Shown in pieces: positions 23,441 through 38,700 of a stretch of 64,000 bases of DNA. Source of the stretch: Eledone cirrhosa (Eukaryota); assembly GCA_964016885.1 (NCBI GenBank), contig OZ024746.1:90396001-90460000 (forward strand), written 5' to 3'. Under the pieces are notes generated by a model. The model saw nothing but the letters and a program-made list of their open reading frames with translations. It was not told the DNA's origin and did not search any database. Both the position numbers and the translations under genes were made by a program. Numbering within the stretch: position 1 is the first letter of the stretch; every line of letters begins with the position of its first letter.

Positions 23441-26400
23441 TACTATGTCTTGTATCTATTACTATGTCTTGTATCTATAACTGTCTTCTATCTATAACTC
23501 TGTCTTCTATCTATAACTATGTCTTCTATCTATAACTATGTCTTCTATCTATAACTATGTCTTGTATCTATAACTGTCTTCTATCTATAACTATGTCTTC
23601 TATCTATAACTATGTCTTCTATCTATAACTCTGTTTCTATCTATTACTATGTCTTCTATCTATAACTATGTCTTCTATCTATAACTATGTCTTGTATCTA
23701 TAACTATGTCTTCTATCTATAACTATGTCTTGTATCTATAACTCTGTCTTCTATCTATAACTATGTCTTCTATCTATAACTATGTCTTCTATCTATAACT
23801 CTGTCATCTATCTATAACTATGTCTTCTATCTATAACTCTGTCTTCTATCTATAACTATGTCTTCTATCTATAACTCTGTCTTCTATCTATAGCTATGTC
23901 TTCTATCTATAACTATGTCTTCTATCTATAACTCTGTCTTCTATCTATAACTATGTCTTCTATCTATAACTTTGTCTTCTATCTATAACTATGTCTTCTA
24001 TCTATAACTCTGTCTTTTATCTATAACTCTGTCTTCTATCTATAACTGTCTTCTATCTATAACTCTGTCTTGTATCTATAACTATGTCTTCTATCTATAA
24101 CTATGTCTTCTATCTATAACTATGTCTTCTATCTATAACTTTGTCTTTTATCTATTACTATGTCTTCTATCTATAACTATGTCTTCTATCTATAACTATG
24201 TCTTCTATCTATAACTATGTCTTCTATCTATAACTATGTCTTCTATCTATAACTATGTCTTGTATCTATAACTATGTCTTCTATCTATAACTCTGTCTTC
24301 TATCTATAACTATGTCTTCTATCTATAACTCTGTCTTCTATCTATAACTATGTCTTCTATCTATAACTATGTCTTCTATCTATAACTCTGTCTTGTATCT
24401 ATAACTATGTCTTCTATCTATAACTATGTCTTCTATCTATAACTCTGTCTTCTATCTATAACTATGTCTTCTATCTATATCTATGTCTTCTATCTATAAC
24501 TATGTCTTCTATCTATAACTCTGTCTTCTATCTATAACTATGTCTTCTATCTATAACTATGTCTTCTATCTATAACTATGTCTTCTATCTATAACTATGT
24601 CTTGTATCTATAACTATGTCTTCTATGTATAACTATGTCTTCTATCTATAACTCTGTCTTCTATCTATAACTATGTCTTCTATCTATAACTCTGTCTTCT
24701 ATCTATAACTATGTCTTCTATCTATAACTATGTCTTCTATCTATAACTATGTCTTGTATCTATAACTCTGTCTTCTATCTATAACTATGTCTTCTATCTA
24801 TAACTCTGTCTTCTATCTATAACTCTGTCTTCTATCTATAACTATGTCTTCTATCTATAATTCTGTCTTCTATCTATAACTATGTCTTCTATCTATAACT
24901 ATGTCTTCTATCTATAACTATGTCTTGTATCTATAACTCTGTCTTCTATCTATAACTCTGTCATATATCTATAACTATGTCTTGTATCTATAACTATGTC
25001 TTCTATCTATAACTATGTCTTCTATCTATAACTGTCTTCTATCTATAACTATGTCTTCTATCTATAACTATGTCTTGTATCTATAACTATGTCTTCTATC
25101 TATAACTATGTCTTCTATCTATAACTATGTCTTGTATCTATAACTATGTCTTCTATCTATAACTATGTCTTCTATCTATAACTATGCCTTGTATCTATAA
25201 CTATGTCTTCTATCTATAACTGTCTACTATCTATAACTATGTCTTCTATCTATAACTCTGTCTTGTATCTATAACTCTGTCTTCTATCTATAACTCTGTC
25301 TTGTATCTATAACTCTGTCTTCTATCTATAACTATGTCTTCTATCTATAACTGTCTTCTATCTATAACTATGTCTTCTATCTATAACTCTGTCTTGTATC
25401 TATAACTATGTCTTCTATCTATAACTATGTCTTCTATCTATAACTGTCTTCTATCTATAACTATGTCTTCTATCTATAACTATGTCTTGTATCTATAACT
25501 CTGTCTTCTATCTATAACTATGTCTTCTATCTATAACTATGTCTTCTATCTATAACTATGTCTTGTATCTATAACTATGTCTTCTATCTATAACTATGTC
25601 TTATATCTATAACTATGTCTTGTATCTATAACTCTGTCTTCTATCTATAACTATGTCTTATATCTATAACTATGTCTTGTATCTATAACTCTGTCTTCTA
25701 TCTATAACTATGTCTTCTATCTATAACTATGTCTTGTATCTATAACTCTGTCTTCTATCTATAACTATGTCTTCTATCTATAACTCTGTCTTCTATCTAT
25801 AACTCTGTCTTCTATCTATAACACTGTCTTCTATCTATAACTCTGTCTTCTATCTATAACTCTGTCTTCTATCTATAACTCTGTCTTCTATCTATAACTC
25901 TGTCTTCTATCTATAACTCTGTCTTCTATCTATAACTCTGTCTTCTATCTATAACTATGTCTTCTATCTATAACTATGTCTTCTATCTATAACTATGTCT
26001 TCTATCTATAACTATGTCTTGTATCTATAACTCTGTCTTCTATCTATAACTCTGTCTTCTATCTATAACTCTGTCTTCTATCTATAACTATGTCTTCTAT
26101 CTATAACTATGTCTTCTATCTATAACTATGTCTTCTATCTATAACTATGTCTTCTATCTATAACTCTGTCTTCTATCTATAACTCTGTCTTCTATCTATA
26201 ACTCTGTGTTCTATCTATAACTATGTCTTCTATCTATAACTATGTCTTCTATCTATAACTATGTCTTCTATCTATAACTCTGTCTTTTATCTATAACTCT
26301 GTCTTCTATCTATAACTGTCTTCTATCTATAACTCTGTCTTGTATCTATAACTATGTCTTCTATCTATAACTATGTCTTCTATCTATAACTATGTCTTCT

Positions 26401-29400
26401 ATCTATAACTTTGTCTTCTATCTATTACTATGGCTTCTATCTATAACTATGTCTTCTATCTATAACTGTCTTCTATCTATAACTATGTCTTCTATCTATA
26501 ACTATGTCTTCTATCTATAACTATGTCTTCTATCTATAACTCTGTCTTCTATCTATAACTGTCTTCTATCTATAACTATGTCTTCTATCTATAACTATGT
26601 CTTCTATCTATAACTCTGTCTTCTATCTATAACTCTGTCTTCTATCTATAACTATGTCTTCTATCTATAACTATGTCTTCTATCTATAACTATGTCTTCT
26701 ATCTATAACTATGTCTTCTATCTATAACTCTGTCTTCTATCTATAACTATGTCTTCTATTTATAACTATGTCTTCTATCTATAACTCTGTCTTCTATCTA
26801 TAACTATGTCTTCTATCTATATCTATGTCTTCTATCTATAACTATGTCTTCTATCTATAACTATGTCTTCTATCTATAACTATGTCTTCTATCTATAACT
26901 ATGTCTTCTATCTATAACTATGTCTTGTATCTATAACTATGTCTTCTATGTATAACTATGTCTTCTATCTATAACTCTGTCTTCTATCTATAACTATGTC
27001 TTCTATCTATAACTATGTCTTCTATCTATAACTATGTCTTGTATCTATAGCTCTGTCTTCTATCTATAACTATGTCTTCTATCTATAACTATGTCTTCTA
27101 TCTATATCTATGTCTTCTATCTATAACTATGTCTTGTATCTATAACTCTGTCTTCTATCTATAACTCTGTCTTCTATCTATAACTCTGTCTTCTATCTAT
27201 AACTCTGTCTTCTATCTATAACTCTGTCTTCTATCTATAACTCTGTCTTCTATCTATAACTCTGTCTTCTATCTATAACTCTGTCTTCTATCTATAACTA
27301 TGTCTTCTATCTATAACTATGTCTTCTATCTATAACTATGTCTTGTATCTATAACTATGTCTTCTATCTATAACTATGTCTTCTATCTATAACTATGTCT
27401 TCTATCTATAACTATGTCTTGTATCTATAACTCTGTCTTCTATCTATAACTCTGTCTTCTATCTATAACTCTGTCTTCTATCTATAACTATGTCTTCTAT
27501 CTATAACTATGTCTTCTATCTATAACTATGTCTTCTATCTATAACTCTGTGTTCTATCTATAACTATGTCTTCTATCTATAACTATGTCTTCTATGTATA
27601 ACTCTGTCTTTTATCTATAACTCTGTCTTTTATCTATAACTCTGTCTTTTATCTATAACTCTGTCTTCTATCTATAACTGTCTTCTATCTATAAATCTGT
27701 CTTGTATCTATAACTATGTCTTCTATCTATAACTATGTCTTCTATCTATAACTATGTATTCTATCTATAACTTTGTCTTCTATCTATTACTATGTCTTCT
27801 ATCTATAACTATGTCTTCTATCTATAACTGTCTTCTATCTATAACTATGTCTTCTATCTATAACTATGTCTTCTATCTATAACTATGTCTTCTATCTATA
27901 ACTCTGTTTTCTATCTATAACTGTCTTCTATCTATAACTATGTCTTCTATCTATAACTCTGTCTTCTATCTATAACTCTGTCTTCTATCTATAACTATGT
28001 CTTCTATCTATAACTATGTCTTCTATCTATAACTCTGTCTTCTATCTATAACTCTGTCTTCTATCTATAACTATGTCTTCTATCTATAACTCTGTCTTCT
28101 ATCTATAACTATGTCTTCTATTTATAACTATGTCTTCTATCTATAACTCTGTCTTCTATCTATAACTATGTCTTCTATCTATATCTATGTCTTCTATCTA
28201 TAACTCTGTCTTCTATCTATAACTATGTCTTCTATCTATATCTATGTCTTCTATCTATAACTATGTCTTCTATCTATAACTATGTCTTCTATCTATAACT
28301 ATGTCTTCTATCTATAACTATGTCTTGTATCTATAACTATGTCTTCTATGTATAACTATGTCTTCTATCTATAACTCTGTCTTCTATCTATAACTATGTC
28401 TTCTATCTATAACTATGTCTTCTATCTATAACTATGTCTTGTATCTATAGCTCTGTCTTCTATCTATAACTATGTCTTCTATCTATAACTATGTCTTCTA
28501 TCTATAACTATGTCTTCTATCTATAACTCTGTCATCTATCTATAACTATATCTTGTATCTATAACTATGTCTTCTATCTATAACTATGTCTTCTATCTAT
28601 AATTCTGTCTTCTATCTATAACTATGTCTTCTATCTATAACTCTGTCTTCTATCTATAACTCTGTCATCTATCTATAACTATGTCTTGTATCTATATCTA
28701 TGTCTTCTATCTATAACTATGTCTTGTATCTATAACTATGTCTTCTATCTATAACTATGTCTTCTATCTATAACTATGTCTTCTATCTATAACTATGTCT
28801 TGTATCTATAACTCTGTCTTCTATCTATAACTCTGTCATCTATCTATAACTATGTCTTCTATCTATAACTCTGTCTTCTATCTATAACTATGTCTTCTAT
28901 CTATAACTATGTCTTCTATCTATAACTATGTCTTCTATCTATAACTATGTCTTGTATCTATAACTATGTCTTCTATCTATAACTCTGTCTTCTATCTATA
29001 ACTATGTCTTCTATCTATAACTCTGTCTTCTATCTATAACTATGTCTTCTATCTATAACTATGTCTTCTATCTATAACTATGTCTTCTATCTATAACTCT
29101 GTCTTGTATCTATAACTATGTCTTCTATCTATAACTATGTCTTCTATCTATAACTATGTCTTCTATCTATAACTATGTCTTCTATCTATAACTCTGTCTT
29201 CTATCTATAACTATGTCTTCTATTTATAACTATGTCTTCTATCTATAACTCTGTCTTCTATCTATAACTATGTCTTCTATCTATATCTATGTCTTCTATC
29301 TATAACTATGTCTTCTATCTATAACTCTGTCTTCTATCTATATCTATGTCTTCTATCTATAACTATGTCTTCTATCTATAACTCTGTCTTCTATCTATAA

Positions 29401-32400
29401 CTCTGTCTTCTATCTATAACTCTGTCTTCTATCTATAACTCTGTCTTCTATCTATAACTATGTCTTCTATCTATAACTATGTCTTCTATCTATAACTATG
29501 TCTTCTATCTATAACTCTGTCTTCTATCTATAACTCTGTCTTCTATCTATAACTCTGTCTTCTATCTATAACTCTGTCTTCTATCTATAACTCTGTCTTC
29601 TATCTATAACTATGTCTTATATCTATAACTATGTCTTCTATCTATAACTATGTCTTCTATCTATAACTATGTCTTGTATCTATAACTCTGTCTTCTATCT
29701 ATGACTCTGTCTTCTATCTATAACTCTGTCTTCTATCTATAACTATGTCTTCTATCTATAACTATGTCTTCTATCTATAACTATGTCTTCTATCTATAAC
29801 TATGTCTTCTATCTATAACTCTGTCTTCTATCTATAACTCTGTCTTCTATCTATAACTCTGTGTTCTATCTATAACTATGTCTTCTATCTATAACTATGT
29901 CTTCTATCTATAACTCTGTCTTCTATCTATAACTCTGTGTTCTATCTATAACTATGTCTTCTATCTATAACTATGTCTTCTATCTATAACTATGTCTTCT
30001 ATCTATAACTCTGTCTTTTATCTATAACTCTGTCTTCTATTTATAACTATGTCTTCTATCTATAACTATGTCTTCTATCTATAACTGTCTTCTATCTATA
30101 ACTCTGTCTTGTATCTATAACTATGTCTTCTATCTATAACTATGTCTTCTATCTATAACTATGTCTTCTATCTATAACTTTGTCTTCTATCTATTACTAT
30201 GTCTTCTATCTATAACTATGTCTTCTATCTATAACTGTCTTCTATCTATAACTATGTCTTCTATCTATAACTATGTCTTCTACCTATAACTATGTCTTCT
30301 ATCTATAACTCTGTCTTCTATCTATAACTATGTCTTGTATCTATAACTCTGTCTTCTATCTATAACTATGTCTTCTATCTATAACTCTGTCTTCTATCTA
30401 TAACTATGTCTTCTATCTATAACTCTGTCTTCTATCTATAACTATGTCTTGTATCTATAACTATGTCTTCTATCTATAACTATGTCTTGTATCTATAACT
30501 CTGTCTTGTATCTATAACTATGTCTTCTATCTATAACTCTGTCTTCTATCTATAACTATGTCTTCTATCTATAACTATGTCTTCTATCTATAACTATGTC
30601 TTCTATCTATAACTATGTCTTCTATCTATAACTATGTCTTCTATCTATAACTATGTCTTCTACCTATAACTATGTCTTCTATCTATAACTATGTCTTCTA
30701 TCTATAACTATGTCTTGTATCTATAACTCTGTCTTCTATCTATAACTATGTCTTCTATCTATAACTATGTCTTCTATCTATAACTATGTCTTCTATCTAT
30801 AACTATGTCTTCTACCTATAACTATGTCTTCTATCTATAACTATGTCTTCTATCTATAACTATGTCTTGTATCTATAACTCTGTCTTCTATCTATAACTA
30901 TGTCTTCTATCTATAACTATGTCTTCTATCTATAACTATGTCTTCTATCTCTAACTATGTCTTCTACCTATAACTCTGTCTTCTATCTATAACTATGTCT
31001 TCTATCTATAACTATGTCTTCTATCTATAACTATGTCTTCTACCTATAACTATGTCTTCTATCTATAACTATGTCTTCTATCTATAACTATGTCTTGTAT
31101 CTATAACTCTGTCTTCTATCTATAACTATGTCTTCTATCTATAACTATGTCTTCTATCTATAACTATGTCTTCTATCTATAACTATGTCTTCTACCTATA
31201 ACTCTGTCTTCTATCTATAACTATGTCTTCTATCTATAACTATGTCTTCTATCTATAACTATGTCTTCTACCTATAACTATGTCTTCTATCTATAACTCT
31301 GTCTTCTATCTATAACTGTCTTCTATCTATAACTATGTCTTCTATGTATAACTATGTCTTCTATCTATAACTATGTCTTCTATCTATAACTATGTCTTCT
31401 ATCTATAACTATGTCTTGTATCTATAACTCTGTCTTGTATCTATAACTATGTCTTCTATCTATAACTATGTCTTCTATGTATAACTATGTCTTCTATCTA
31501 TAACTCTGTCTTCTATCTATAACTATGTCTTCTATCTATAACTATGTCTTCTATCTATAACTATGTCTTCTATCTATAACTCTGTCTTCTATCTATAACT
31601 ATGTCTTCTATTTATAACTATGTCTTCTATCTATAACTCTGTCTTCTATCTATAACTATGTCTTCTATTTATAACTATGTCTTCTATCTATAACTATGTC
31701 TTCTATCTATAACTATGTCTTCTATGTATAACTATGTCTTCTATCTATAACTCTGTCTTCTATCTATAACTCTGTCTTCTATCTATAACTATGTCTTGTA
31801 TCTATAACTCTGTCTTCTATCTATAACTCTGTCTTCTATCTATAACTATGTCTTCTATCTATAACTATGTCTTGTATCTATAACTCTGTCTTGTATCTAT
31901 AACTATGTCTTCTATCTATAACTCTGTCTTCTATCTATAACTATGTCTTGTATCTATAGCTCTGTCTTCTATCTATAACTATGTCTTCTATCTATAACTA
32001 TGTCTTCTATCTATAACTATGTCTTCTATCTATAACTCTGTCATCTATCTATAACTATATCTTGTATCTATAACTATGTCTTCTATCTATAACTATGTCT
32101 TCTATCTATAATTCTGTCTTCTATCTATAACTATGTCTTCTATCTATAACTATGTCTTCTATCTATAACTATGTCTTGTATCTATAACTCTGTCTTCTAT
32201 CTATAACTCTGTCATCTATCTATAACTATGTCTTCTATCTATAACTATGTCTTCTATCTATAACTCTGTCTTCTATCTATAACTATGTCTTCTATCTATA
32301 ACTATGTCTTCTATCTATAACTATGTCTTCTATCTATAACTATGTCTTGTATCTATAACTATGTCTTCTATCTATAACTCTGTCTTCTATCTATAACTAT

Positions 32401-35400
32401 GTCTTCTATCTATAACTATGTCTTCTATCTATAACTCTGTCTTCGATCTATAACTATGTCTTCTATTTATAACTATGTCTTCTATCTATAACTCTGTCTT
32501 CTATCTATAACTATGTCTTCTATCTATATCTATGTCTTCTATCTATAACTATGTCTTCTATCTATAACTCTGTCTTCTATCTATAACTATGTCTTCTATC
32601 TATAACTATGTCTTCTATCTATAACTATGTCTTCTATCTATAACTTTGTCTTCTATCTATAACTATGTCTTCTATCTATAACTATGTCTTCTATCTATAA
32701 ATATGTCTTCTATCTATAACTATGTCTTGTATCTATAACTATGTCTTCTATCTATAACTCTGTCTTCTATCTATAACTATGTCTTCTATCTATAACTATG
32801 TCTTTTATCTATAACTATGTCTTCTATCTATAACTATGTCTTCTATCTATAACTATGTCTTCTATCTATAACTATGTCTTCTATCTATAACTCTGTCATC
32901 TATCTATAACTATATCTTGTATCTATAACTATGTCTTCTATCTATAACTATGTCTTCTATCTATAACTCTGTCTTCTATCTATAACTATGTCTTCTATCT
33001 ATAACTATGTCTTCTATCTATAACTATGTCTTGTATCTATAACTCTGTCTTCTATCTATAACTCTGTCATCTATCTATAACTATGTCTTGTATCTATAAC
33101 TATGTCTTCTATCTATAACTATGTCTTCTATCTATAACTGTCTTCTATCTATAACTATGTCTTCTATCTATAACTATGTCTTCTATCTATAACTATGTCT
33201 TCTATCTATAACTATGTCTTCTATCTATAACTATGTCTTGTATCTATAACTCTGTCTTCTATCTATAACTATGTCTTCTATCTATAACTCTGTCTTGTAT
33301 CTATAACTCTGTCTTCTATCTATAACTATGTCTTCTATCTATAACTGTCTTCTATCTATAACTATGTCTTCTATCTATAACTCTGTCTTCTATCTATAAC
33401 TATGTCTTCTATCTATAACTATGTCTTCTATCTATAACTGTCTTCTATCTATAACTATGTCTTCTATCTATAACTCTGTCTTGTATCTATAACTCTGTCT
33501 TCTATCTATAACTATGTCTTCTATCTATAACTGTCTTCTATCTATAACTATGTCTTCTATCTATAACTCTGTCTTGTATCTATAACTATGTCTTCTATCT
33601 ATAACTATGTCTTCTATCTATAACTGTCTTCTATCTATAACTATGTCTTCTATCTATAACTATGTCTTGTATCTATAACTCTGTCTTCTATCTATAACTA
33701 TGTCTTCTATCTATAACTATGTCTTGTATCTATAACTATGTCTTCTATCTATAACTATGTCTTCTATCTATAACTATGTCTTGTATCTATAACTCTGTCT
33801 TCTATCTATAACTATGTCTTCTATCTATAACTATGTATTGTATCTATAACTCTGTCTTCTATCTATAACTATGTCTTCTATCTATAACTATGTCTTCTAT
33901 CTATAACTATGTCTTGTATCTATAACTCTGTCTTCTATCTATAACTCTGTCTTCTATCTATAACTCTGTCTTCTATCTATAACTCTGTCTTCTATCTATA
34001 ACTCTGTCTTCTATCTATAACTCTGTCTTCTATCTATAACTATGTCTTCTATCTATAACTATGTCTTCTATCTATAACTATGTCTTGTATCTATAACTAT
34101 GTCTTCTATCTATAACTATGTCTTCTATCTATAACTATGTCTTCTATCTATAACTATGTCTTGTATCTATAACTCTGTCTTCTATCTATAACTCTGTCTT
34201 CTATCTATAACTCTGTCTTCTATCTATAACTCTGTCTTCTATCTATAACTCTGTCTTCTATCTATAACTATGTCTTCTATCTATAACTATGTCTTGTATC
34301 TATAACTATGTCTTCTATCTATAACTATGTCTTCTATCTATAACTATGTCTTCTATCTATAACTATGTCTTCTATCTATAACTATGTCTTCTATCTATAA
34401 CTATGTCTTGTATCTATAACTCTGTCTTCTATCTATAACTCTGTCTTCTATCTATAACTCTGTCTTCTATCTATAACTATGTCTTCTATCTATAACTATG
34501 TCTTCTATCTATAACTATGTCTTCTATCTATAACTATGTCTTCTATCTATAACTCTGTCTTCTATCTATAACTCTGTCTTCTATCTATAACTCTGTCTTG
34601 TATCTATAACTATGTCTTGTATCTATAACTCTGTCTTCTATCTATAACTATGTCTTGTATCTATAACTCTGTCTTCTATGTATAACTATGTCTTGTATAT
34701 ATAACTATGTCTTGTATCTATAACTATGTCTTCTATCTATAACTATGTCTTGTATGTATAACTATGTCTTCTATCTATAACTATGTCTTCTATCTATAAC
34801 TCTGTCTTGTATCTATAACTATGTCTTCTATCTATAACTCTGTCTTCTATCTATAACTGTCTTCTATCTATAACTCTGTCTTGTATCTATAACTCTGTCT
34901 TCTATCTATAACTATGTCTTCTATCTATAACTCTGTCTTCTATCTATAACTATGTCTTCTATCTATAACTATGTCTTGTATCTATAACTATGTCTTCTAT
35001 CTATAACTCTGTCTTCTATCTATAACTATGTCTTCTATCTATAACTATGTCTTCTATCTATAACTCTGTCTTGTATCTATAACTATGTCTTCTATCTATA
35101 ACTGTCTTCTATCTATAACTATGTCTTCTATCTATAACTATGTCTTCTATCTATAACACTGTCTTCTATCTATAACTATGTCTTCTATCTATAACTATGT
35201 CTTGTATCTATAACTATGTCTTCTATCTATTACTATGTCTTCTATCTATAACTCTGTCTTGTATCTATAACTATGTCTTCTATCTATAACTCTGTCTTCT
35301 ATCTATAACTGTCTTCTATCTATAACTCTGTCTTGTATCTATAACTCTGTCTTCTATCTATAACTATGTCTTCTATCTATAACTCTGTCTTCTATCTATA

Positions 35401-36898
35401 ACTATGTCTTCTATCTATAACTATGTCTTGTATCTATAACTATGTCTTCTATCTATAACTCTGTCTTCTATCTATAACTATGTCTTCTATCTATAACTAT
35501 GTCTTCTATCTATAACTCTGTCTTGTATCTATAACTATGTCTTCTATCTATAACTGTCTTCTATCTATAACTATGTCTTCTATCTATAACTATGTCTTCT
35601 ATCTATAACACTGTCTTCTATCTATAACTATGTCTTCTATCTATAACTATGTCTTGTATCTATAACTATGTCTTCTATCTATTACTATGTCTTCTATCTA
35701 TAACTATGTCTTCTATCTATAACTATGTCTTCTATCTATAACTGTCTTCTATCTATAACTCTGTCTTCTATCTATAACTATGTCTTCTATTTATAACTCT
35801 GTCTTCTACATATAACTATGTCTTCTATCTATAACTATGTCTTGTATCTATAACTATGTCTTCTATCTATAACTATGTCTTGTATGTATAACTATGTCTT
35901 CTATCTATAACTATGTCTTCTATCTATAACTATGTCTTGTATCTATAACTATGTCTTCTATCTATAACTCTGTCTTCTATCTATAACTATGTCTTCTATC
36001 TATAACTATGTCTTCTATCTATAACTCTGTCTTGTATCTATAACTATGTCTTCTATCTATAACTGTCTTCTATCTATAACTATGTCTTCTATCTATAACT
36101 ATGTCTTCTATCTATAACACTGTCTTCTATCTATAACTATGTCTTCTATCTATAACTATGTCTTGTATCTATAACTATGTCTTCTATCTATAACTATGTC
36201 TTCTATCTATAACACTGTCTTCTATCTATAACTATGTCTTCTATCTATAACTATGTCTTGTATCTATAACTATGTCTTCTATCTATTACTATGTCTTCTA
36301 TCTATAACTCTGTCTTGTATCTATAACTATGTCTTCTATCTATAACTCTGTCTTCTATCTATAACTGTCTTCTATCTATAACTCTGTCTTGTATCTATAA
36401 CTCTGTCTTCTATCTATAACTATGTCTTCTATCTATAACTCTGTCTTCTATCTATAACTATGTCTTCTATCTATAACTATGTCTTGTATCTATAACTATG
36501 TCTTCTATCTATAACTCTGTCTTCTATCTATAACTATGTCTTCTATCTATAACTATGTCTTCTATCTATAACTCTGTCTTGTATCTATAACTATGTCTTC
36601 TATCTATAACTGTCTTCTATCTATAACTATGTCTTCTATCTATAACTATGTCTTCTATCTATAACACTGTCTTCTATCTATAACTATGTCTTCTATCTAT
36701 AACTATGTCTTGTATCTATAACTATGTCTTCTATCTATTACTATGTCTTCTATCTATAACTATGTCTTCTATCTATAACTATGTCTTCTATCTATAACTG
36801 TCTTCTATCTATAACTCTGTCTTCTATCTATAACTATGTCTTCTATTTATAACTCTGTCTTCTACATATAACTATGTCTTCTGTCTATAACTATGTCT
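23441..36898. repeat. 13.4-kb tandem satellite, 19-bp unit CTATCTATAACTATGTCTT (~700 units)
   Basis: Uninterrupted array. Common variants are CTCTGT/CTATGT, TTGTA/TTCTA and 17-bp deletion units. Confidence 0.99.
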
Positions 36899-37065
36899 GT
36901 TGTGGTATTATTCACTGTTTCCCCAGCGTCTTCCATTCTTGACCTAAATATAGTCAATGACAACACATTAGTAATTGTCATATTTCTGTGAAGAAACTTC
37001 TTTCTAGGTTGGTTCAAACATATTTGTGATTAGTCGGTGATATGGGTGTATATGAAACTGTTTAT

Positions 37066-37523
37066 TCCTACCTACCTCCCTACCTATCTCCCTACCTACC
37101 TACCTCCCTACCTACCTACCTACCTATCTACCTGCCTACCTACCTACCTCCCTACCTACCTCCCTACCTACCTACCTACCTACCTCCCTACCTACCTGCC
37201 TACCTCCCTGCCTACCTCCCTACCTGCCTACCTACCTACCTACCTACCTACCTACCTACCTCCCTACCTCCCTACCTCCCTACCTACCTACCTACCTACT
37301 TACCTACTTATCACCTACCTACCTCCCTACCTCCCTACCTACCTCCCTACCTACCTCCCTACCTACCTACTTACCTACCTACCTCCCTACCTCCCTACCT
37401 ACCCCCCTACCTACCTACCTACCTACCTACTTACCTACCTACCTACCTCCCTACATACTTACCTACCTACCTACCTCCCTACCTACCTCCCTACCTCCCC
37501 ACCTACCTCCCTACCTACCTACC
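37066..37523. repeat. (CCTA)n microsatellite
   Basis: Imperfect CCTA array; it explains the YLPT-repeat ORFs. Confidence 0.98.
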
Positions 37524-38700
37524 ATGAACTTGTGTTTTCAAATCTAAATCTATCCCACCGATCCACTACTGGCTCAATTTCTAGCAAAACTCTTCTCTCT
37601 GATCAAGAACATTAAATTCAAAAGACACCTTAATTCATCAGAGGACTGAAGAACATGAATGACCTCCTTGTACACTCGGATATAAAAGAACAACCTGTAC
37701 CTCATTGATCATGAATGTTACTATTGTTTCATCTACAGCCTCACTTCTAATTACATAAAGACCAACCACTCAACCATCAAAGCAATCAATAAAATGGTCC
37801 AACAGATTACCTCTGACCTCCAAATGAAAGATCGCACTGAACCCCTTAGCTCACAGGAATCGTACTTCACAGTTTGGAGGGGGCTTGTACCCTGACAATG
37901 GCCTACTTACCCTCAACAATTTCAGTCGTCACACAATCAACTGAACCAGAAAAGGTCTGGACATCTTCACCGTCCAGAAATTCTGCATTACCTTCCAGCT
38001 CCACATGAGTTCTGTGGACTTCCTCGAAGTTACACTGAACCTCGAAACCAGACTATACTACCCATATGGGAAGCCCAACAAAACCCTAAAATATATAAAC
38101 AGGAACTCCAGCCGTGTCCATTCCATAACCAATAATCTGACTAAAAACATTTCCATTAGTATCTCCTGGCTCTCTGTGACCAAGCAGGTCTTCCATGAGC
38201 ATGCACCCTATTACACCAATGCCAACACAGCAGATTTAAAAAAGGACATAATTCATCAGATTCCACCAGCAGAACAGGAAATGTAGGGTTATGTGTTACA
38301 ACCCACCCCAAAAATGCGGAAGTGGCACAGCCCTTGCTCAGATCTTATTCAGTATGATCCAGAGACTCTTCCCACCATAGCGCCGGTACCACAGGACTTT
38401 CAATAAAAACACTGTAAAGCTATCCTACCCAACAACACCAAATATAGCACAAAATATCGCTACATATGACAGGACCAAACTCAGCAGACACAGTTCCTAT
38501 GATTCAACCAACCCAACCATAGAACACTACTACAATTGCTGTCACCAGGAGGAGTGCTCTCTGGACTCCAAATGCCTAACTACCAATTTAGTATACAAAT
38601 GCAAGGTCACCACCAGCGTGCAGAGAAAAGCATATATATGTATGATGGTTAACATCTTTTCAATATACCGGGCAACCTAAGTCAGAACCAACATGCCCTG
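37524..38700 (+). mobile_element. Decayed Penelope-like element, second lineage (RT thumb plus GIY-YIG N-terminus)
   Basis: VDFLEVTLNLETRLYYPYGKPN...HAPYY; downstream FNKNTVKLSY..PNI and NCCHQEECSLDSKCLTTNLVYKCKVTT..AYI. Confidence 0.8.

Noticed and set aside
23441-36898. Possible CRISPR array or coding repeat
   Set aside because: Head-to-tail 19-mers with no unique spacers, no cas genes and a eukaryotic context; no ORFs.
37037-37615. YLPT-repeat ORFs resembling adhesive or extensin proteins
   Set aside because: By-product of the (CCTA)n microsatellite, open in several frames.
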